Source of the DNA: a virus
Taxonomy: Duplodnaviria; Caudoviricetes
DNA length: 59,275 nt
IMG/VR virus record: IMGVR_UViG_3300042860_000755
Location: 1 to 59,275 of that record
Reading direction: 5' to 3' (one strand)
The notes under the pieces were generated by a model. It was not told where the DNA came from. It made no database searches and saw only the letters and a list, made by a program, of their open reading frames with translations. Of this stretch, positions 56,189 through 59,275 are shown piece after piece (within the stretch, counting starts at the first letter, position 1; every line of letters begins with the position of its first letter). The position numbers were made by a program, and so were the translations under genes.

Positions 56189-57693
56189 CGTTGCTGACCC
56201 GGCAGGAGATTGATGACTATGAGGGGATGATTCCTCTGGTTGGGCTGGAGCAGCGCAGGAAGATACAGAAGCTTTTGGAGTTGGACAAGCGGGAGAGGTG
56301 CCGGGAGTCCTTCATCTTCTTCGTGTCGCAGATGTGGCCTGTGTTTATTTCGGGCAAGCATCATCAGATCATGGCTGATGCTTTTGAGAGGGTGGCCAGG
56401 GGTGAGTTGAAGAGGTTGATCATCAACATGCCGCCCCGGCATACGAAGTCGGAGTTTGCTTCTTACCTGCTCCCGGCTTGGTTTCTTGGGATGTTTCCTG
56501 AGAAGAAGATCATCCAGACCGCCCACACCGCAGAATTGGCTGTTGGTTTTGGCCGGAAGGTGAGGAACTTGGTCTCGTCCAACGAGTACCAGAAGGTCTT
56601 TCAGACGGAACTTTCTTCTGATTCCAAGGCTGCGGGGCGGTGGAATACCTCTGTTGGGGGTGATTACTTCGCCATCGGTGTTGGCGGTGCTGTCACGGGT
56701 AAGGGCGCTGATCTTTTGATCATTGACGACCCGCATTCTGAGCAGGAAGCCAAGCAAAACAACCCCGCCGTCTACCACGGGGTCTATGAATGGTACACAT
56801 CCGGCCCCCGGCAGCGTCTTCAGCCTGGGGGTTCAATCATTATTGTGATGACGCGGTGGTCAAAAATAGATTTGACCGGCCAAGTCATGAAAAATTCGGA
56901 AAAAGACGGCACAGATGCGTGGGAAGTCATCGAATTTCCCGCAATTTTGCCCTCCGGAACCCCTCTTTGGCCCGGATTTTGGAAAAAAGAGGAGCTTGAA
57001 GCCATCAGGGCTGAGATTCCAGTGTCCAAATGGAATGCTCAGTACCAACAAAACCCCACATCCGAAGAAGGCGCTATCGTCAAGCGCGAGCAATGGCAAA
57101 TTTGGGAGTCAGAAATGCCCCCGCCATGCGAATACATCATCCAGTCCTGGGATACAGCCTTTGAAAAACACAACCGCGCAGACTACTCTGCATGTACTAC
57201 GTGGGGAGTGTTTAAACATCCCGATTCCAAGGGCAACTACAAGACAAACATCATCCTTCTTGACGCCTTCAAGGACCGAATGGAGTTTCCTGAACTCAAG
57301 GCCAAGGCCATTGAGATGTACAAGGAGTGGAACCCAGACACCCTGATCGTTGAAAAGAGGGCCGCTGGTGCCCCTTTGATCTACGAGCTTCGCCAAACCG
57401 GCATCCCTCTTTCAGAGTACACACCAAGCAAGGGACAGGATAAGATTGCGCGTGTAAACGCAATTTCAGACCTGTTTGCGTCTGGCGTGGTCTGGTGTCC
57501 AGATACCCGCTGGGCCGATGAACTCATGGAAGAGATGGCCGCGTTCCCTAATGGCGACCATGATGACTTGGTTGACTCGGCGTCACAGGCTCTTTTGAGG
57601 TTCAGGCAGGGCGGATTCATCCCAATCGACTCGGATGAGCCCGAAGAGACGATTTATTTTCGCGGTCGCAAAGATCGCTTCTATACCGTGTGA
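56185..57693 (+). CDS. Terminase large subunit
   Basis: INMPPRHTKS, LLIIDDP, MTRW, AQYQQNP, QSWDTA, HDDLVD. Confidence 0.95.
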   Translation: MTLLTRQEIDDYEGMIPLVGLEQRRKIQKLLELDKRERCRESFIFFVSQMWPVFISGKHHQIMADAFERVARGELKRLIINMPPRHTKSEFASYLLPAWFLGMFPEKKIIQTAHTAELAVGFGRKVRNLVSSNEYQKVFQTELSSDSKAAGRWNTSVGGDYFAIGVGGAVTGKGADLLIIDDPHSEQEAKQNNPAVYHGVYEWYTSGPRQRLQPGGSIIIVMTRWSKIDLTGQVMKNSEKDGTDAWEVIEFPAILPSGTPLWPGFWKKEELEAIRAEIPVSKWNAQYQQNPTSEEGAIVKREQWQIWESEMPPPCEYIIQSWDTAFEKHNRADYSACTTWGVFKHPDSKGNYKTNIILLDAFKDRMEFPELKAKAIEMYKEWNPDTLIVEKRAAGAPLIYELRQTGIPLSEYTPSKGQDKIARVNAISDLFASGVVWCPDTRWADELMEEMAAFPNGDHDDLVDSASQALLRFRQGGFIPIDSDEPEETIYFRGRKDRFYTV

Positions 57694-57700
57694 GGAATAG

Positions 57701-58324
57701 ATGGATTACGACACGATTTTGAAAGCTGTTGGAGAGGAGCCGGAGTATTTGTTCCGCACTTCGCGGGGGTCTGCCTATGGTCATTACCCCGACAGCAGCA
57801 CGGTGCGCAACAGGTCGGGAGAAGGCCATAAAGACACAACCACCGGCCTGCAACCCCGTTCTGGCAAAACCGTTTACATGAGCCCGCAGGATGTAAACCG
57901 GATGGCAGGGATGTTCCAAAACGCGGAACTTGCGACGCAGTTTAAACCGTCGTCTTTCAACAAAGAGACGAAGAGCGGCACTGCGGCACTGACCTACGCG
58001 CAAGACTACGGCCCAAAAAAAGCGGGCACCGTCATTCATGAGGCGCAGTTCACCACAGTCCCCAGGAAGGGGCTAATCCCAGTTGAGATTAACCGCAGCG
58101 AAAGCCCAATAGGCGATTCTGGTCGAGGCATACATTGGGGGACTCCAATCACAGAAGTTGTGCCTAGAGGTGGCATGGGACGGGGTGTAGTTGGAACTCC
58201 GGCCCAGATGGGCGGCGGCGCTGGAAGCACCATACGCGCTTTAAACCTACAGAAATTAATGGCTGCTGGCGGCGCTGTAAAGATGCCCGATTCCTACAGC
58301 CAGGGTGGCTGGAAACTTATTTAA
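57701..58324 (+). CDS. Hypothetical protein between TerL and portal
   Basis: GAGG RBS; ends MAAGGAVKMPDSYSQGGWKLI. Confidence 0.6.
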   Translation: MDYDTILKAVGEEPEYLFRTSRGSAYGHYPDSSTVRNRSGEGHKDTTTGLQPRSGKTVYMSPQDVNRMAGMFQNAELATQFKPSSFNKETKSGTAALTYAQDYGPKKAGTVIHEAQFTTVPRKGLIPVEINRSESPIGDSGRGIHWGTPITEVVPRGGMGRGVVGTPAQMGGGAGSTIRALNLQKLMAAGGAVKMPDSYSQGGWKLI

Positions 58325-58333
58325 GGAAAAATC

Positions 58334-59275
58334 ATGGCAATGGAAAAAGGTTTGTACGCAGCGCCCCTTGGTCTCGAAGAGGATGTTGCCCCGCCGATTG
58401 AAATTGAAATCGAAGACCCCGAATCAGTCTCCATCGGCATTGGCGATCTTGAAATTGACATCGAGCCCGCAGAAGAAGGCCCCGATGATTTCAACGCAAA
58501 CCTTGCCGATTACATGGATGACATGGAACTCAACTCACTTGGTTCCGAGTTGATTGATGATTTTGAGAAAGACCTGCGCGACCGCAAGGAGTGGGTGCAA
58601 ACATACATCGAGGGCCTGAAGCTTCTGGGCTTGAAGTATGAGGAGAGGACTGAGCCCTGGAATGGAGCCTGCGGTGTTTTCCACCCCATGCTCACCGAGA
58701 GCGTTGTCCGCTTCCAAGCCGAAGGCATCACCGAGACATTCCCCGCCGCAGGGCCAGTCAAGACCGTGATCATCGGCAAAGAAACGCCGGAAAAGAAAGA
58801 GTCGGCGCAGCGCGTTCAGGCGGACATGAACTACCAGTTGACGGAAGTCATGTCCGAGTACCGCCCCGAGCATGAAAAGATGCTCTGGAATCTGCCAATC
58901 ACCGGGTCTGCCTTCAAGAAGGTGTACTACGACCCGAGCCTTGGCCGCCAAGTATCCGTCTTTATCCCAGCAGAGGACATTGTTGTGCCCTACGGCGCAT
59001 CAAGCATCGAGAGAGCAGAGCGGGTCACGCATGTCATGCGCAAGACCAAAAATGAACTGCTCAAGCTTCAAGAGGCTGGCTTTTACCGCGATGTCGATCT
59101 CGGTGAACCAACAGGAGAGCTTGACGACATTGAGAAGCAAAAAGCTGAAGAGCAAGGCATGTCGGCAATCCAAGATGAGCGTTTCCGAATCTTGGAGATA
59201 AACGTTGACTTGGACCTCAAGGGCTTTGAAGACAAAAACAAAAAGGGTGAGATGACGGGGATTGCCCTGCCATAT
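58334..59275 (+). CDS. Portal protein (3' truncated, not in ORF track)
   Basis: Open frame from ATG 58334 to the window end: FNANLADY, GACGVFHPMLTESVVRFQAE, GSAFKKVYYD; follows TerL. Confidence 0.85.
   Translation, partial: MAMEKGLYAAPLGLEEDVAPPIEIEIEDPESVSIGIGDLEIDIEPAEEGPDDFNANLADYMDDMELNSLGSELIDDFEKDLRDRKEWVQTYIEGLKLLGLKYEERTEPWNGACGVFHPMLTESVVRFQAEGITETFPAAGPVKTVIIGKETPEKKESAQRVQADMNYQLTEVMSEYRPEHEKMLWNLPITGSAFKKVYYDPSLGRQVSVFIPAEDIVVPYGASSIERAERVTHVMRKTKNELLKLQEAGFYRDVDLGEPTGELDDIEKQKAEEQGMSAIQDERFRILEINVDLDLKGFEDKNKKGEMTGIALPY

Noticed and set aside
1-59275. Many antisense or alternate-frame ORFs (e.g. 14037-14732, 19586-20254, 35147-35779, 50661-51362)
   Set aside because: Shadows of long, well-supported genes, with no recognisable motifs.
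1-59275. Prophage or temperate lifestyle; specific host assignment
   Set aside because: No integrase, att site or host genes are visible, and part of the genome is missing. The host cannot be determined from this sequence alone.

Overview
The window is most of a tailed dsDNA phage genome, probably podovirus-like and circularly permuted: it starts inside the major capsid gene and ends inside the portal gene. Layout: (+) Mu-gpT-type capsid, a cluster of small basic proteins, adaptor/tail proteins, two tail fibres, lysis genes, internal virion proteins and a 3045-aa polyvalent protein (1-36.7 kb). Then (-) small genes plus SSB-like/SSAP/exonuclease (36.7-43.8 kb); (+) RusA, a structured non-coding block, HNH and a T7 gp4/Twinkle-like primase-helicase (43.8-48.2 kb); (-) an early operon with vWA/AAA+/SprT-like genes (48.3-54.1 kb); a non-coding control region; and (+) TerS, a LexA-like HTH, TerL and portal. 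I saw no integrase, DNA polymerase, tRNA or CRISPR array. Most notable: (1) at least 29 copies of the palindrome GTTTAAAC, with copies at most predicted sigma70 promoters; (2) eight DnaA boxes upstream of TerS; (3) a canonical type I hammerhead ribozyme between two early genes; (4) a [MYF]-x-x-G-G motif and a shared C-terminal tag across many putative capsid-internal proteins; (5) a polyvalent protein whose domains are separated by a repeated [DE]-x-[RK]-[YFL]-S-[LM] linker; (6) several candidate structured RNAs. All calls are by eye from motifs and gene order; no searches were run.
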